From the NCBI GenBank assembly GCA_964461855.1, contig CAYWWT010000001.1, positions 1 through 45,218 on the forward strand: a stretch of 45,218 nt of DNA, in the 5' to 3' direction. Under the pieces are notes generated by a model that saw nothing but the letters and a program-made list of their open reading frames with translations, was not told the DNA's origin and searched no databases. Shown here piece after piece: positions 43,772-45,218 of this stretch (its first letter is position 1; the number at the start of each line of letters is the position of its first letter). Both the position numbers and the translations under genes were made by a program. Source of the stretch: an uncultured Rhizobium sp. Its GTDB lineage: Bacteria; Pseudomonadota; Alphaproteobacteria; Micropepsales; Micropepsaceae.

Positions 43772-45218
43772 ATGTCGTCACCGCCGGGCAAGTATGTCCG
43801 CCACACGGATTTCACCGACTTCTCGACGGCGCACCCGGATGAGCAGCAGCCGGGCGTGGACTTGGATGTCGAGTTCGACGGCATCAAGGCTACGACCGAC
43901 GCCACGATCAATCGCCTGGCCGAAATCCAGCGCGATGACGGCAAGCTCGCCAATCAGTCGGTCCACAAGGACAGCCTAGACCGCACAACCCTGGCGTTAA
44001 TGGCTGGAACGGGCGTCCCCCGTGGCGATTGGGCCACTGGGACGATTTACGCCGCCAAAGACTTGGTGACGGAAAACGGCGTCACCTACATCGCTGTGAT
44101 TGCACACACTGCTGGAACATTTGCGGTGGACCTGGCGGCGGGTAAGTGGCTGGTTTTCAGTGTCGGCGCCGATGTAGCGTACGCCTTCTCAACGACTTCC
44201 GAGCTTCTTTCGGTTTTTAGCGGTGCCGCAACGCCGCCGGCTGGGACCGTGGCCGTCACTGGCGCGCGCTCAGTTTTTGGCGATGGCGGCGGCGGCACAT
44301 TCCAATATGACGCTGCGGACACCACAACTGTCGACAACGGCGGAACGGTTCGCGTCGATGATCAGGGCCGCCGTTGGAAATTAGTTCTCACTGGTGCCAT
44401 CACGCCCCGCTTGTTTGGCGTAATTTCCCCCGATGCGACTGACACCCTGCAGAAGACGCTCGATTATCTTGGCGCCGCCGGTGGCGGAACATTGCAGATG
44501 GACCCGGTTGAATACGTCATCAGCGGCGACCTCGCAGTCCCGAGCAACGTGACCATTGACGGTCGTGGCGCCACTCTCACGGGCCCGACTTGGGCCAGTC
44601 TGGGAACGTTTTTCGATGTGTCAGACAGCGCGGATGTTGAAATCCGCAATCTCACCATCGACGGCCAGGGCGAGTGGACCGGTACGCCATTTGCAAACCC
44701 TTATGAGGATGGAAATTCGGTTGGCTTTACGAACCAGCAGCGGGGAATTTCTGGCATCAACTCGTCCGATATCCGCGTCATGTTCTGCAAGATCAAGGGC
44801 GTGGAGCGTGCGATCAACCCGACCGTCTCATCTGGGTGGCAGATAGTCGGAAACACTTTCACAAATCTCGGAATGATGGGCGTCTATACCGACCTTCTTT
44901 CTAACTCCATCATTTCGGACAACGTCTTCGATGGCGTCCACGGGAACATGACCGAAGCCGGTGTCACGGACATCGCGATGTCAAAGTTCGCAGACGCAGT
45001 TTACATCTATCGCTGCAACAATGTTGTCGTTTGCGACAATCCCCGCATCACGAACTGTCGGCGCGGTGGCGTCACCTTTGAAGGCGATGCCATCACTCTC
45101 AATCATCTGTGTACCGTGAACAACAACACGATCACGAACATGAATTCCAATCGTGGCACGGAGTTCAATTACGCAATTTGGTTTGAAACCGGAAAGTCTG
45201 ACGACACCTGTTCGGCGA
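43772..45218 (+). CDS. Tailspike/depolymerase, N-terminal part (missing from the ORF track because it runs off the contig end)
   Basis: Hand translation is open from ATG 43772: MSSPPGKYVRHTDF...IQRDDGKLAN (virion anchor), RGDWATGTIYAAKDLV..NGVTY, GDGGGGTFQYD...DNGGTV...GRRWK, then a pectate-lyase-like beta-helix. Confidence 0.88.
   Translation, partial: MSSPPGKYVRHTDFTDFSTAHPDEQQPGVDLDVEFDGIKATTDATINRLAEIQRDDGKLANQSVHKDSLDRTTLALMAGTGVPRGDWATGTIYAAKDLVTENGVTYIAVIAHTAGTFAVDLAAGKWLVFSVGADVAYAFSTTSELLSVFSGAATPPAGTVAVTGARSVFGDGGGGTFQYDAADTTTVDNGGTVRVDDQGRRWKLVLTGAITPRLFGVISPDATDTLQKTLDYLGAAGGGTLQMDPVEYVISGDLAVPSNVTIDGRGATLTGPTWASLGTFFDVSDSADVEIRNLTIDGQGEWTGTPFANPYEDGNSVGFTNQQRGISGINSSDIRVMFCKIKGVERAINPTVSSGWQIVGNTFTNLGMMGVYTDLLSNSIISDNVFDGVHGNMTEAGVTDIAMSKFADAVYIYRCNNVVVCDNPRITNCRRGGVTFEGDAITLNHLCTVNNNTITNMNSNRGTEFNYAIWFETGKSDDTCSA
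45164..45218. repeat. 55-bp terminal overlap (copy 2)
   Basis: Identical to bases 1-55. Confidence 0.95.

Noticed and set aside
45164-45218. 55-bp terminal repeat as a biological direct terminal repeat
   Set aside because: It lies mid-gene and matches a typical assembly k-mer; best explained as circular-assembly overlap.

Overview
The window is an apparently complete, circularly permuted genome of about 45.16 kb from a temperate, podovirus-like tailed phage. Bases 1-55 are repeated at 45164-45218 and the join falls inside one open reading frame. The host is most likely a GC-rich Alphaproteobacterium (inferred from the tRNA-Glu attP core and an alphaproteobacterial-type LexA box). Gene order: tailspike (spanning the join), lysis cassette, TerL, portal, scaffold, major capsid, adaptor, nozzle, GNAT-like and ejection proteins (1-22.3 kb); attP, tyrosine integrase, HTH, XRE repressor and divergent Cro (22.3-24.9 kb); replication/recombination genes (Sak4-like ATPase, SSB, SF2 helicase, HNH, Cas4-like nuclease, primase-helicase, putative ori, RusA) interrupted by a 5.8-kb run of about 24 mostly very small ORFs with stereotyped junctions; a leftward operon (40.5-42.8 kb); and TerS. 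The most notable unannotated signals are: (i) a three-way-junction RNA at 41863-41945 with two elements complementary to two ribosome-binding regions of its own operon, resembling the C4/CI antisense immunity RNAs, in a phage whose repressor lacks an autoproteolysis domain; (ii) the cassette-like small-ORF array; (iii) a dispersed asymmetric 18-bp stoperator-like motif plus a second palindromic operator. All protein family calls come from motif recognition by eye; no database searches were run.
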